Source: Lingula anatina
Lineage: Eukaryota > Animalia > Brachiopoda
Direction of reading: 5' to 3'
Assembly: GCA_051362555.1 (NCBI GenBank)
Contig: CM120642.1
Span: forward strand, 6,820,001 to 6,884,000
Length of the DNA: 64,000 bases
The notes beneath the pieces are model-generated. The model worked only from the letters and a program-made list of their open reading frames with translations, was not told the origin of the DNA and ran no database searches. The translations under genes and the position numbers were made by a program. Shown here piece by piece: positions 63,801-64,000 of this stretch (positions within the stretch are counted from its first letter, which is position 1; every line of letters starts with the position of its first letter).

Positions 63801-64000
63801 AACAGCAAGAAAAACTTCTAATATACATGTGGCAAAAGAATTACAAAGGTCTTTAAACAAAGGTAAAGTTGTTACATGTATAACAGCATCAAATTTTATG
63901 CTGAAAATTCTTCATGTATCACTAGCAGATTTTATTATAAAAACATACATAAATACAATGGATATTATTGTAAAACATGTTTCTACTAGGCTTAAATGTT

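Noticed and set aside
1-64000. CRISPR arrays, operons, prokaryotic defence or phage systems
   Set aside because: No repeat-spacer arrays or dense coding sequence; the DNA is clearly eukaryotic non-coding.

Overview
This is AT-rich (roughly 35-38% GC by eye) eukaryotic, almost entirely non-coding DNA, with no operons, rRNA, intact tRNA or CRISPR array. None of the listed ORFs resembles a protein family I can recognise. Microsatellites, decayed MITE/SINE-like relics, patchy CpG depletion and an excess of TACATGTA/TAGGCCTA octamers suggest an invertebrate animal; that assignment is inference and the species is unknown. The best-supported structure is the 5' part of a large + strand gene. It has a CCAAT/GC-box/TATA promoter at ~45.9 kb, a first exon ending at a GAG|GTGAGT donor (46245), an abrupt switch to CpG-depleted DNA just downstream, and a well-defined 59-nt internal exon at 59001-59059. 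Several other + strand promoter/first-exon-like units (~3.0, 21.9, 32.4, 54.1, 55.3 kb) may be alternative starts of the same gene. Further candidates are a decayed coding-like exon (10247-10511), a 24-nt microexon, CTCF-like sites and a miR-92-seed hairpin. The gene cannot be named, and I found no solid evidence for a new multi-gene system. All counts are manual and approximate.
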